A stretch of 35,853 bases of DNA from a virus (Duplodnaviria > Heunggongvirae > Uroviricota > Caudoviricetes), in the IMG/VR virus record IMGVR_UViG_3300009678_000054, positions 1 through 35,853 of that record; one strand, 5' to 3'. How positions within the stretch are numbered: the stretch's first letter is position 1; the number at the start of each line of letters is the position of its first letter. The translations under genes and the position numbers were made by a program. This document shows positions 9,233 to 18,375 of the stretch, piece after piece. The notes beneath the pieces were generated by a model, which had not been told where the DNA came from, searched no databases, and was given only the letters and a program-made list of their open reading frames with translations.

Positions 9233-9714
9233 TGGAAAAATTACAACAAATTGCCAAAAAGATTTTGATAGCTAACCCTGACGCAATGTTAAGCGGAAGC
9301 CTGGCTATGCAACTTCGGTTCATTAAAACAAGACGTGAACCAAAAGATATTGATATTTTCCTTCCAGATGGATGCGGATTTATCAAAATTGATGGAATGA
9401 AAGATTCGATTGAACACATTAGTCAATCCAGAGTAGTCTCTGGAACTATTCGTCAATCCTATTCAATAGAAGGGATTCAGGTTGATGTAATGACACCTAC
9501 CGATGAAAATTTCCAAGTTGCTTGGGAGTTTGTCAATGGTTTAAAGTTACTTACCGCCGAACAAATCTTAAAGTTCAAACTGGATTATGCTTTTGATAAC
9601 AATTATCCTGAAGGACAACAGAAGCATATCGAAGATATAATTTTCATTCTGCAGAACAGATTGAAAAACGGCATTGAAGATTATTTTGATAAAAACCCTT
9701 TTGATCTCTTATAA
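9232..9714 (+). CDS. Pol-beta-superfamily nucleotidyltransferase
   Basis: hSGSLA (G22-S23) ... DID (D39, D41) and a third Asp in IQVDV. Confidence 0.65.
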   Translation: MEKLQQIAKKILIANPDAMLSGSLAMQLRFIKTRREPKDIDIFLPDGCGFIKIDGMKDSIEHISQSRVVSGTIRQSYSIEGIQVDVMTPTDENFQVAWEFVNGLKLLTAEQILKFKLDYAFDNNYPEGQQKHIEDIIFILQNRLKNGIEDYFDKNPFDLL

Positions 9715-10700
9715 TGCAAGAAGAAAAACTCTCTTATGAGGAACAGGTAGAAGTACTTCGTGATGAAGGTACAGAAATTCTTACAATGGATGACTGTATC
9801 GAAGACATGCAGTTCGATCTTGAGCATGGCAAGGAAAAAGGTACATCTACATTCATACCCGGATTAGATAATGCCTGGACCTGGCGCATGGGGGAATTTA
9901 ATATATGGACCGGATATTCCAATGAAGGTAAATCTCAGTTCATACGTTATCTTTCCCTTGTAAAGGCATTGGAGCAAAGACATATCGGTGACGAGTGGAA
10001 GTTCGCTTTCTATGCTCCTGAAGATTATCCTGCAAAGGAGTTTTTCGATGACATTATTCACACTGCTGCAGGACGATCAACAGATAAAGATAGTCCACAC
10101 TTCATAGGTCATAAAATGTATATGGAGACGTATGAGAAGATAAAAGATTTCTTCTTCTTCAATTACATTCGCCCACCTCGCAACAGTTTGGTGAAAGTCT
10201 TGAAATCATTTATCCCATTGATTGAAGAAAAAGGCGTTAAAGTTTGTGTGGTTGACCCTATTATTAAAGTAGCAAGACCATCAAAATACTTAAACGCTGA
10301 CGATAAATACGCAGCTTATGTAACAACGTTGGCCACTGATTTCACACGTCAGTATAATGTATCGTTACATTTGGTTATGCACCAGCTAACACCCAGGATT
10401 CAGGAAAACGGTTTATACCCTAAACCAACTATGTACAACATTAAAGGTGGTGGTACATGGGCTGATGGTACGGATAATATCTTGTCAATACAGCGTCCTT
10501 TATACGCTTCTGATAAGAAGGATGAAGAAGTTCTGTTTACATCTCAGAAGATTAAAAAGCAAAAACTGGTCGGTATTCCACAAGAATTCGCAATGCGTTT
10601 TGATCGTAGAACAAATAGGTATATTCATAGTGAAAATGCCGATGATCTTTATGATTTCGAATCAAGATTAGATAATCCTAAAATACGATTACTGTTTTAA
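9714..10700 (+). CDS. SF4 (DnaB/T7 gp4-like) replicative helicase
   Basis: Walker A TGYSNEGKS, Walker B VCVVDP, LHLVMH, IKGGG ... DNIL. Confidence 0.85.
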   Translation: MQEEKLSYEEQVEVLRDEGTEILTMDDCIEDMQFDLEHGKEKGTSTFIPGLDNAWTWRMGEFNIWTGYSNEGKSQFIRYLSLVKALEQRHIGDEWKFAFYAPEDYPAKEFFDDIIHTAAGRSTDKDSPHFIGHKMYMETYEKIKDFFFFNYIRPPRNSLVKVLKSFIPLIEEKGVKVCVVDPIIKVARPSKYLNADDKYAAYVTTLATDFTRQYNVSLHLVMHQLTPRIQENGLYPKPTMYNIKGGGTWADGTDNILSIQRPLYASDKKDEEVLFTSQKIKKQKLVGIPQEFAMRFDRRTNRYIHSENADDLYDFESRLDNPKIRLLF

Positions 10701-10701
10701 T

Positions 10702-10941
10702 ATGGGACGTAAGAAAAAAGGTAAGGTACTGGTTATACTTCAAGCTGAGGTAAACGATAATATTATATCTGAATTAAAGACTGCCCAGGATGGTGACCCT
10801 ATATTAAAGCAATTCATAAACGAATACAAAATAGAGTTAGAAAAAAAGGATAAAGAAGTATTCGAGGTTTTTGATTATTTCTTAGTGTGCGAAGATGGTG
10901 TTTATATTGCGTTGCACGAAGATGAATTTAATAAAATTTAA
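10702..10941 (+). CDS. hypothetical protein
   Basis: Tightly packed ORF. Confidence 0.55.
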   Translation: MGRKKKGKVLVILQAEVNDNIISELKTAQDGDPILKQFINEYKIELEKKDKEVFEVFDYFLVCEDGVYIALHEDEFNKI

Positions 10942-10943
10942 AA

Positions 10944-11342
10944 ATGAGAACATCGCCTAGTAATATTACAACAGTATCTCACGATGAGGTATTTGTTTTC
11001 GGGTCGAATCTTTCAGGAAAACATGGACGTGGAGCAGCCAAGCAAGCATTGAAATGGGGAGCTAAGTGGGGAAAAGGTGTAGGGCTTCAAGGTAGAACTT
11101 ATGGAATACCGACAAAGAATGCGTCGATAAAAACCATGAGTATTGCTGAAATAAAACCATTCGTTTATGAATTTATAAGATTTGCGATAGATAATGATAT
11201 GCTTGATTTTTTGGTAACCGAGATCGGTTGTGGACTTGCTGGTTATGAACCAAAAGATATTGCACCTTTATTTGAAGAAGCATTGGATATTCCAAATATC
11301 TATTTACCCGAAAGGTTTATAAAGGAGTTAACAAAACTCTAA
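10944..11342 (+). CDS. A1S_2505-family phage protein (macrodomain-like)
   Basis: EVFVFGSNL.G.HG.GAA..A...GA..G...GLQG.TY.IPT ... FLVTEIGCGLAG. Confidence 0.75.
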   Translation: MRTSPSNITTVSHDEVFVFGSNLSGKHGRGAAKQALKWGAKWGKGVGLQGRTYGIPTKNASIKTMSIAEIKPFVYEFIRFAIDNDMLDFLVTEIGCGLAGYEPKDIAPLFEEALDIPNIYLPERFIKELTKL

Positions 11343-11351
11343 CAATTAAAA

Positions 11352-11384
11352 TTAGGAAACATTAAAATATTTCCATTACATTTG
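11352..11384 (+). promoter_or_regulatory. Bacteroidota-type promoter
   Basis: TTAG, 21 nt, TACATTTG (11377-11384); 16 nt before ATG 11401. Confidence 0.65.
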
Positions 11385-11400
11385 CATTCAATAAAACAAC

Positions 11401-12090
11401 ATGGCTAAAGTCGCATTAATATTGGGAGAATCAGGTAGCGGTAAAACAACTGCTGCAGAAACCCTTCCACCAAAAAACACATTTATTGTTAACCCGGTTG
11501 GTAAGGACCTGCCTTTCCCCGGTGCTGAATTGAATTACAAGAAATTCAACATTGAAAAAAACACTGGTAACGTATTTTCTTCAAAGAAAACAAGTTCTAT
11601 CGCTAAAGTTCTTCAACACATAAGCGATAACCGTCCTGAGATAAAGATCATCGTTCTTGATGACAATCAATATCTTTCGTTGTTCACGTTTATCAATCGC
11701 ATTAGCGAAAAATCATTTGATAAATTCAACGACATCGCTGTAAACATGGTTGAGCTTGTTGAATTCCTTAAAGGATTGCGCAAAGACCTCGTGATCTTCG
11801 TTCTTCAGCATATCGAAGCTGGTGATAACGTATCCGGTGATACTGTCATCCAGGCTAAGACAATGGGTAAATTCGTGAAAGAGAAAGTTACTTACGAAGG
11901 TTTATTCACTACCGTACTTCTTTGTGATAAAGAAGCTGAAGAAGATGGCGAAGTAAATCATTTCTTCTGGACACGCCGTGCTAATTCAACGGTAAAAACG
12001 CCTAAAGGGATGTTTGCCGATCAAAAAATACCAAATGATCTGCTAACTGTAGCAAAACGTATGGTTGAATATTACAAACAATCTTCATAA
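11401..12090 (+). CDS. Sak4-like P-loop ATPase (ssDNA annealing/recombination)
   Basis: ILGESGSGKT, IIVLDD, EGLFTTVL, KTPKGMF; followed by an SSB-like gene. Confidence 0.75.
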   Translation: MAKVALILGESGSGKTTAAETLPPKNTFIVNPVGKDLPFPGAELNYKKFNIEKNTGNVFSSKKTSSIAKVLQHISDNRPEIKIIVLDDNQYLSLFTFINRISEKSFDKFNDIAVNMVELVEFLKGLRKDLVIFVLQHIEAGDNVSGDTVIQAKTMGKFVKEKVTYEGLFTTVLLCDKEAEEDGEVNHFFWTRRANSTVKTPKGMFADQKIPNDLLTVAKRMVEYYKQSS

Positions 12091-12124
12091 AATCTTTATT
12101 AATTAATAAAAACAAACAAAGTCT

Positions 12125-12817
12125 ATGAGTTTTAATTTTAAAGGCGTGGAAGCCGCCAAAGCAGGTAGTTATCTGAAACCCGGATATTACCGCACAAGAG
12201 TTTCCGAAGTTGAATCTGGTGAATTTGATTCAGGTATCCCCTACATGGCGGTTACGTTTAGTACCCAGGATGGTCTTTCAATCACTGAAAAGTTCACATT
12301 GAAGACTAAAGACCCAAAATCTAAATTTAATCCACTTTCTCGCTTGCAGTATTTGCACGAAGCATGGCTTGGCACAGAGTTGGATGCTGATTTTAAATCA
12401 GTAGAATCTGTTGCTGAGTATTTCAAAAAAGCATTGGTGAGCAAGAAAGCTGGTGCTAAGACAATTGTTGTCGGTGGTGAGATCAATGGTAAAGTGACCT
12501 ACGGTCGTATTCCTCTTACTGATTTCGTTATCGAAGAACAAGTTGACCTGGGAGCATTTGAACAAGGTTCTGAAGAATGGAAGCAATTCGTTAAGCTATC
12601 AACCCGCACAACTGAAGCGTCAGGTAAGAAAGGTGGATTGTTGAACAGCACCGATGATGACGATTTTGGTGGAGATGATGATGAAAAAGATACGCTTCCT
12701 GCAAAAAGTGCTAAGAAAACCTCTGCTCCTGAAAAAAGCAATGGTAAAGCACCTGCAAAGAATGCTAAAAAAACCGAGCCTGTTGAAGAAGAAGGCGGTG
12801 ATGATTTCAACTGGTAA
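12125..12817 (+). CDS. single-stranded DNA-binding protein (DUF669-like)
   Basis: LKPGYY...V..VE N-terminus; acidic low-complexity tail ending EEEGGDDFNW. Confidence 0.65.
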   Translation: MSFNFKGVEAAKAGSYLKPGYYRTRVSEVESGEFDSGIPYMAVTFSTQDGLSITEKFTLKTKDPKSKFNPLSRLQYLHEAWLGTELDADFKSVESVAEYFKKALVSKKAGAKTIVVGGEINGKVTYGRIPLTDFVIEEQVDLGAFEQGSEEWKQFVKLSTRTTEASGKKGGLLNSTDDDDFGGDDDEKDTLPAKSAKKTSAPEKSNGKAPAKNAKKTEPVEEEGGDDFNW

Positions 12818-12838
12818 TCTTTCTTTCTTTCTATCTAT

Positions 12839-12868
12839 AACCCTCGCCACCTGTGGTGGGGGTTTTGT
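12839..12868 (+). terminator. intrinsic terminator
   Basis: 11-bp stem AACCCTCGCCA/TGGTGGGGGTT (two G-U pairs), CCTG loop, short T-run. Confidence 0.6.
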
Positions 12869-12882
12869 ATTAAAATACCTGT

Positions 12883-13890
12883 ATGTTCGATTTTAAACAA
12901 GTTAAAGCTACACACAAACTAAATAAGGATTTCATACTGTCTAAAATAAGTGACAGTATGATCTTCGGGTATTATCATGGGCCTTTTAAGATAGGAGATA
13001 TTTATCCCTGCAAGTTTCGAAAGGATTCTAACCCTTCTGCTGGCTTCTACGTTTCAAAGAGCGGAAAGCTGATATATAACGACCTGGGACGAAATGGCGA
13101 GAAATTTGATGCCTTTGCGTTCGTCCAGCGATTATATAGATTATCTTTCAGTGAAGCGATTAAGAGAATTGCCACTGATTTCGGTCTACTAACTAACCAG
13201 CAATCCGCTGCAGCGAAGAAAATCATGGTTGACATGGCCGACTTCGAAAAGAAGATGAAAATGGAAACAGCCATCCATTTCCATGCTGATAAATGGAATT
13301 CGGAAAACTTCGCCTTCTGGAAAGAATATGGTATTACAGTGGCCGAGTTAAAGGCCAATGACATCTATCCTATTAAAAAGCTCTACATTGCTGAGAAGTT
13401 TATACCTAATAGAGATAACAATTTGCGTTACGCCCTGTGCGTGCGTATTGGCGATGAATTAAAGGTGAAGGTTTATTCACCCGGTGCTGAAGATTTAAAA
13501 TGGGTATCCAACATTCCTAATGATGTTCCGTTCGGTCTGGACCAATTAAAGTTTAAGACAGAAAATGTGTTTGTGGCCAAAGCGCAAAAGGACCGATTGA
13601 TTATACAAAAGTTCTTGGATACAATTGCTTCACAAAACGAATCAGTTCATGCTATAAGCCCACAAGCTGACCGGATAATGAAGTTCAATTATACAAACCA
13701 ATTCTGCGGATGGGATAATGATTATCCTGGGATGAGAGGAATGGTAGGAATGCGCAAAAAAAATTATATTCCAATCTACGTTCCGGTTGAAATGAGAATC
13801 AAGGAAGGCATCAAAGACTTTTCTGATCTGGCAAAGGCCAAAGGATTGAAAGCAGTTGAAAAACTTTTAAAAAAACAGGGGGTTATATGA
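12883..13890 (+). CDS. DNA primase (crAss-like, TOPRIM)
   Basis: FRKDSNPS...FY N-terminal domain, KAQKD, WDND.PG, KDFSD. Confidence 0.75.
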   Translation: MFDFKQVKATHKLNKDFILSKISDSMIFGYYHGPFKIGDIYPCKFRKDSNPSAGFYVSKSGKLIYNDLGRNGEKFDAFAFVQRLYRLSFSEAIKRIATDFGLLTNQQSAAAKKIMVDMADFEKKMKMETAIHFHADKWNSENFAFWKEYGITVAELKANDIYPIKKLYIAEKFIPNRDNNLRYALCVRIGDELKVKVYSPGAEDLKWVSNIPNDVPFGLDQLKFKTENVFVAKAQKDRLIIQKFLDTIASQNESVHAISPQADRIMKFNYTNQFCGWDNDYPGMRGMVGMRKKNYIPIYVPVEMRIKEGIKDFSDLAKAKGLKAVEKLLKKQGVI

Positions 13891-14165
13891 GATTCATTGG
13901 TAAACTTCCGCTAAAGTTACAAGATCACAGAGGTAAAGAATACACCATTAAGCTACCGATTCAATCTGGTGGCAAGGCTGGTAAAGGATATAACAAAACC
14001 TCAACCATACAAGTGATGTATGAATATTTCCTGGTTAAACAAATTCGTTATACCGTTGCCGATCATAATTCAAAAATGGAAGCACTTAAAAAAGCTATAT
14101 CATACGCAATCGGTGAGAAAAAAGCTTCTTTGTATTTTAGTGATACCGATTTTCAGAATTCATGA
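13887..14165 (+). CDS. hypothetical protein
   Basis: ATGA-coupled ORF. Confidence 0.55.
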   Translation: MRFIGKLPLKLQDHRGKEYTIKLPIQSGGKAGKGYNKTSTIQVMYEYFLVKQIRYTVADHNSKMEALKKAISYAIGEKKASLYFSDTDFQNS

Positions 14166-14170
14166 AATAA

Positions 14171-14201
14171 TTTGAAAAATTCAAAAATATCTTTATCTTT
14201 A
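14171..14201 (+). promoter_or_regulatory. Bacteroidota-type promoter (variant -7)
   Basis: TTTG, 19 nt, TATCTTTA; spacer starts AAAAATTCAAAAA, like the promoter at 100. Confidence 0.5.
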
Positions 14202-14216
14202 CCACAAACTTACACA

Positions 14217-14828
14217 ATGACTATATACGAATTCTGCAAAGCAAACAGAGTTGAAGTTGTTTTCAACAAGCAAGGTAAACACGAATGTTTCATTAACTTC
14301 CAGGACGGTGATCGCCCATATGCCACCGCCAATAACGCATTGGATGCCATCGACGCTGGTGTAGCCAATTACCTAAATAAAAATAGTGTACCTTATAAAG
14401 CTCCTATTTCTGCAACCGATATTGAGAAAGAAGAAAGTGAAAAATTCCGTGTATTCCTCAGCAAAGAAGCATTATTCATCTGGTACTTCTACGCTAAGAA
14501 ATATGAAAAACAGCGCATTGTTGACTATTACGAGTATTTAGCAGATCAAACCCATCCTGCTTATACAAACATGCTTCGCTACATATATGACAAGGTAAAC
14601 GAAGCAGTGGAAAATCCAACAACAAAAATACACGATAATTACCCGGCTCTCAATAATATCTTTATTCAAGCATTGGTATATCACGAATCACTGGAAAAAG
14701 AGCGATACGAGAATAATAAAATTATTGCAGAAATGCAAAAGTCATTGAAACCTGAAGACAAGGAAGTGTTTATGAGAATACAGAAAACTATCGCCCAGGT
14801 TCAAGAAGAAATTCAAAAAGTTGATTAA
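14217..14828 (+). CDS. hypothetical protein
   Basis: Start refined to ATG 14217, because TTG 14172 lies inside the promoter. Confidence 0.65.
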   Translation: MTIYEFCKANRVEVVFNKQGKHECFINFQDGDRPYATANNALDAIDAGVANYLNKNSVPYKAPISATDIEKEESEKFRVFLSKEALFIWYFYAKKYEKQRIVDYYEYLADQTHPAYTNMLRYIYDKVNEAVENPTTKIHDNYPALNNIFIQALVYHESLEKERYENNKIIAEMQKSLKPEDKEVFMRIQKTIAQVQEEIQKVD

Positions 14829-15547
14829 TGGCTGATTACGCAGAAATAATGGGCTATGATTGGGCCAGAATACTTAAACCGTTTCTTCAATCTGACGAAT
14901 GGAAAAGCATCCGTGCTGAGCTTGTTAAACAAAACAAGAGTTTGGAAAAGATGTATCCTGTCGCTGACGACATCTTCAAAGCATTTCGTTCTTGCCCATA
15001 TGGTGATATGATTACTGTGTTTCTTACAACGAATCCTTATGGGAAAGAGAATGATGGATTAGCATTCAGTTCAAAGACCACTGATTTCATGGTTGACTGG
15101 CCAAAATGTTTGGATTGTATCTTCGACGCAGTGGAGCAAGATGTATCAGATGGTTTATATCTGCATCGTGAACCGGATTTGTGGAGATGGGCAGATCAGG
15201 GAGTATTACTACTAAACTGCGATATTACATCTATACCGGGCAAACCCGGAGCGCATTTGAAATTATGGCATCCGTTTATGAAACATTTGTTCAAGTTCAT
15301 GGGTACACATAATAGTGGTATCATTTATGTTCTAATTGGTCAACACGCTCACAAGTTCGCTCAGTATATCAATCCTGAAGCTAACGACATTTTCAAACTT
15401 GAACATCCGATGGTAGCGTTAAAAGAAAAGCGTCCCTGGAATCATCAAAACATTTTCTCTCGCATTAACGAGATAAGTAATTTTTTAAACAACCGTTCAA
15501 TTAACTGGACACAAATAAAAAACATATGGGAGAAGCCATTGATATAG
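14828..15547 (+). CDS. ung: family-1 uracil-DNA glycosylase homologue with atypical active site
   Basis: YP..DDIFKAF..CP, GLAFS, WADQGVLLLN, W.PF, LEHP, NIFSRIN; GQDPY is replaced by TTNPY. Confidence 0.8.
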   Translation: MADYAEIMGYDWARILKPFLQSDEWKSIRAELVKQNKSLEKMYPVADDIFKAFRSCPYGDMITVFLTTNPYGKENDGLAFSSKTTDFMVDWPKCLDCIFDAVEQDVSDGLYLHREPDLWRWADQGVLLLNCDITSIPGKPGAHLKLWHPFMKHLFKFMGTHNSGIIYVLIGQHAHKFAQYINPEANDIFKLEHPMVALKEKRPWNHQNIFSRINEISNFLNNRSINWTQIKNIWEKPLI

Positions 15548-15756
15548 CAAAAATTGAAAAAAACATGTACGTTATTGCCTCTTGTCCAATTCACAGTACA
15601 ATTCAGCAACTTATACATGTTCTTGAATCAAGACAGAATATGGCTAAAAGATATATGGAAGCGTCTAGTAAACTTCAAAAAGAAACATGTCTTGAATTTA
15701 TAAAAGCACACGAAAAAGGTATTATTTCAATTTTACAAATGCAAAATCATGAATAA
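15526..15756 (+). CDS. hypothetical protein
   Basis: Overlapping ORF filling the gap; start uncertain. Confidence 0.45.
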   Translation: MGEAIDIAKIEKNMYVIASCPIHSTIQQLIHVLESRQNMAKRYMEASSKLQKETCLEFIKAHEKGIISILQMQNHE

Positions 15757-16111
15757 CGCTAAAAAAATAATAGAACTCGTCAAAAAGATAGCTCAACACC
15801 ACCCCGGACAAGAACCGGGTCAGAAACGTGGGTGGTCATGGTATACAGGTGGAATGGCTGATACTGGTGGATGGGATACGTTAAAATTGCTGGACCAGAG
15901 TGAACAGGACCTTGAAAAATGTCTTGCTGAGTTGGAAGAAATTGCTAACCGCCCACCTCATGTCTACACACCTGAAGAACTAGCCAAGATAAACACGCCT
16001 ACTATTCATCATTTATCATGCGGTGGAGTTGTTTATTCCAATGCGTATCAAGATGAATTAATAACAAACAGGGCTAAAAAATTAGAAACAGCATTACTAT
16101 GGGGCAAATAA
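15749..16111 (+). CDS. hypothetical protein
   Basis: Overlapping ORF, plausible composition. Confidence 0.6.
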   Translation: MNNAKKIIELVKKIAQHHPGQEPGQKRGWSWYTGGMADTGGWDTLKLLDQSEQDLEKCLAELEEIANRPPHVYTPEELAKINTPTIHHLSCGGVVYSNAYQDELITNRAKKLETALLWGK

Positions 16112-16734
16112 TAAAGAATAAAACAACGCTGGTATACAAAGGAGTTAAATTCGACTCCGATGAAGAAGTGTTTGTCGCCATGTGGCTGCAGGAGTTGCAA
16201 GATGCAGGATTGGTTATACGCTGGTCCAAAACAGAAATGCCTTTTCCTATGACTTCGGGTTTGAAGCGTGATTATATTAAGCTGACGCAATTAAAAACCA
16301 AGATCAAGCGTGAAAATAAAACACAAACGCTCCTTCGCCGATCTGAATACACGCCTGATTTCATTGTTAATTTCAGTGCTAAAGGGCATCTGTTATTTGT
16401 GTCCTCTTTAGAACCTGAATGTTTATTTGTTCCCGGAATGCTGTTCTACAAGAATACGCCAGGAGTTGTTATAGAAGTGAAACCGACCTTCGATCAGAAT
16501 AACATGGAAAGATTATTCGTTCTCAATCAGAAGTTTTTATGGGATAAGGAAAAAATATTTGTTAATTTAATAGAACCTATTGCGTTATTCAAAAAAACTT
16601 TTATACCTTTAGCCGCCGTGCCATATTTCCAATATAAAGTAGTGACTAAGAAGCTTATCGCTAAGGGTAAGAAGAAGGGTGATTGGAAATTCGATTTCAT
16701 ACCAAAAACTTTAAAACAATATTTAGATGCTTAG
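16099..16734 (+). CDS. PD-(D/E)XK endonuclease (DUF1064 / resolvase-like)
   Basis: GVKFDSDEE, YTPDF, IEVK. Confidence 0.7.
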   Translation: MGQIIKNKTTLVYKGVKFDSDEEVFVAMWLQELQDAGLVIRWSKTEMPFPMTSGLKRDYIKLTQLKTKIKRENKTQTLLRRSEYTPDFIVNFSAKGHLLFVSSLEPECLFVPGMLFYKNTPGVVIEVKPTFDQNNMERLFVLNQKFLWDKEKIFVNLIEPIALFKKTFIPLAAVPYFQYKVVTKKLIAKGKKKGDWKFDFIPKTLKQYLDA

Positions 16735-16993
16735 TTTTTTAAAAAAGTTGTTGGGTATAAAACAAGACCCAAAACCATCCCTGGACTTCCATATACCTTA
16801 TCATATTGAGGAACTGGCCAAGCTCTATCCTGTTGTACATACTGTTCCTTACAATAAATCAACAGGTGAAATAAAACATTTCAGTCTTTCTTATAATCCT
16901 TGTCGTGTAGGTCAGGCATTGATCTTAAATCATGATAGGGAGATATGGATTCATCTCGGAAAAGATTACTTTAAAAACATTGTAAAATTATGA
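16727..16993 (+). CDS. hypothetical protein
   Basis: Coupled ORF. Confidence 0.5.
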   Translation: MLSFLKKLLGIKQDPKPSLDFHIPYHIEELAKLYPVVHTVPYNKSTGEIKHFSLSYNPCRVGQALILNHDREIWIHLGKDYFKNIVKL

Positions 16994-18372
16994 AAATAAT
17001 AGTCTTAGGACGTGCGCTATTCAACGAATATTTGACACGTAAAGGTATAACCAATGATAACGTGGAGCAGCAGGATAAGATATTCTTTATATCTATAAAC
17101 AACCATGACGATAAACAATCGTCTTATTTTTCCAGTAACAAAAAGAATATAATCAGCATGATATTCGGTGATCTGGAACAAGATACAGAAGTTGACATTA
17201 TTGGTGAAAATCGTAAAGAAGTAGTCAAAGCGATGACACAAGAACAGGCTGCAGAGCTTTATGCTTTCATCAAAGCTAATAAGGACAAAGAAGCAGTAAT
17301 TATTCACTGCACTGCTGGTGTTTCACGATCTGGTGCGATTGGTGTATTCATAAACGATTTCATAGGTGGTAATTGGGAAGAACTTAAAAGACTCAATCCA
17401 AACATCCAACCCAACGCACATGTCTATCGTTTGTTACACGATGAGTGGTATAAAGACATTTCTAACAATGACGCTATTACTGGAAAACCACTTACATTTC
17501 GTCCTTACATTCCAGACGAAATAGGCCAGGCTGATTTAAGCCAGGAACAGTTAGTAGCTATGTACAATGCTCGTCATCCTGAACAACACACTTCAATTCA
17601 AAACATGACACCTGAAGAAATTAAACAAAAGTTTCCAGATCAAAATGATTTCATAACTGAAATTATTAATCCAAAATCAACGTACTACCTAGACGAAGTA
17701 GGTAAAATGCCTATAAATAAATACAAAGGTTTTGGATATGAAGCGGGTGAAACAAAACTTGAAGGTATAAGATTTATTCACCCCGATGGTAGTAGTACAT
17801 ATGCTGTAGGAATTGACCCTTACAGCAATGAACCAGAATTTGATAGTTTCTGGCTTGAAACTAATCAGTATTACGGAATGGTGAATGAACAAGAACTGGA
17901 AATTGTAAAAGAACTTCATCCTGATCTACGTGAAATTTATCCTGCAAGAAAGAAGATGCTAAGACCCGGTGAGTTTGAGGCTTTTGCTTCATTCGGGTTT
18001 GGCAATGAATATACTGGAATTGACCTGAGTACATGGCTCAAATTAAAAAACATGACATCGTTTTTTAAAGATTTTGGTACGATAATAACGGATGACCATA
18101 AACCAGATCGCAATGTAATGTATGGAGCGGATGGACAACAATTTCAATTACCTTTGAATAAAAAATTCAAATACCTGGATATATTGGATTGCGGTTTCAA
18201 AGATGTTACACCGCTTTTTGTAACAAATACACCTGTTCAACATGTTGTAAAAGCAACAGAAGAAGGAAATGTTGAATACTGGGTGCATACAGTAGTGTTA
18301 GTTACAAATGAAACTGGTAGATTCTTTCCAGGTAAATATTTAATACCCGGAACTCGTTTCCAAAAATTATAA
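16990..18372 (+). CDS. cysteine-phosphatase (PTP/DSP-like) domain fused to a long unknown C-terminal region
   Basis: Intact CX5R loop HCTAGVSRS (17305-17331) in the first ~155 aa. Confidence 0.75.
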   Translation: MKIIVLGRALFNEYLTRKGITNDNVEQQDKIFFISINNHDDKQSSYFSSNKKNIISMIFGDLEQDTEVDIIGENRKEVVKAMTQEQAAELYAFIKANKDKEAVIIHCTAGVSRSGAIGVFINDFIGGNWEELKRLNPNIQPNAHVYRLLHDEWYKDISNNDAITGKPLTFRPYIPDEIGQADLSQEQLVAMYNARHPEQHTSIQNMTPEEIKQKFPDQNDFITEIINPKSTYYLDEVGKMPINKYKGFGYEAGETKLEGIRFIHPDGSSTYAVGIDPYSNEPEFDSFWLETNQYYGMVNEQELEIVKELHPDLREIYPARKKMLRPGEFEAFASFGFGNEYTGIDLSTWLKLKNMTSFFKDFGTIITDDHKPDRNVMYGADGQQFQLPLNKKFKYLDILDCGFKDVTPLFVTNTPVQHVVKATEEGNVEYWVHTVVLVTNETGRFFPGKYLIPGTRFQKL

Positions 18373-18375
18373 TTC

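Noticed and set aside
12640-12817. Low-complexity Asp/Lys/Ala-rich stretch as a repeat element
   Set aside because: Explained by the disordered linker and acidic tail of the SSB-like protein
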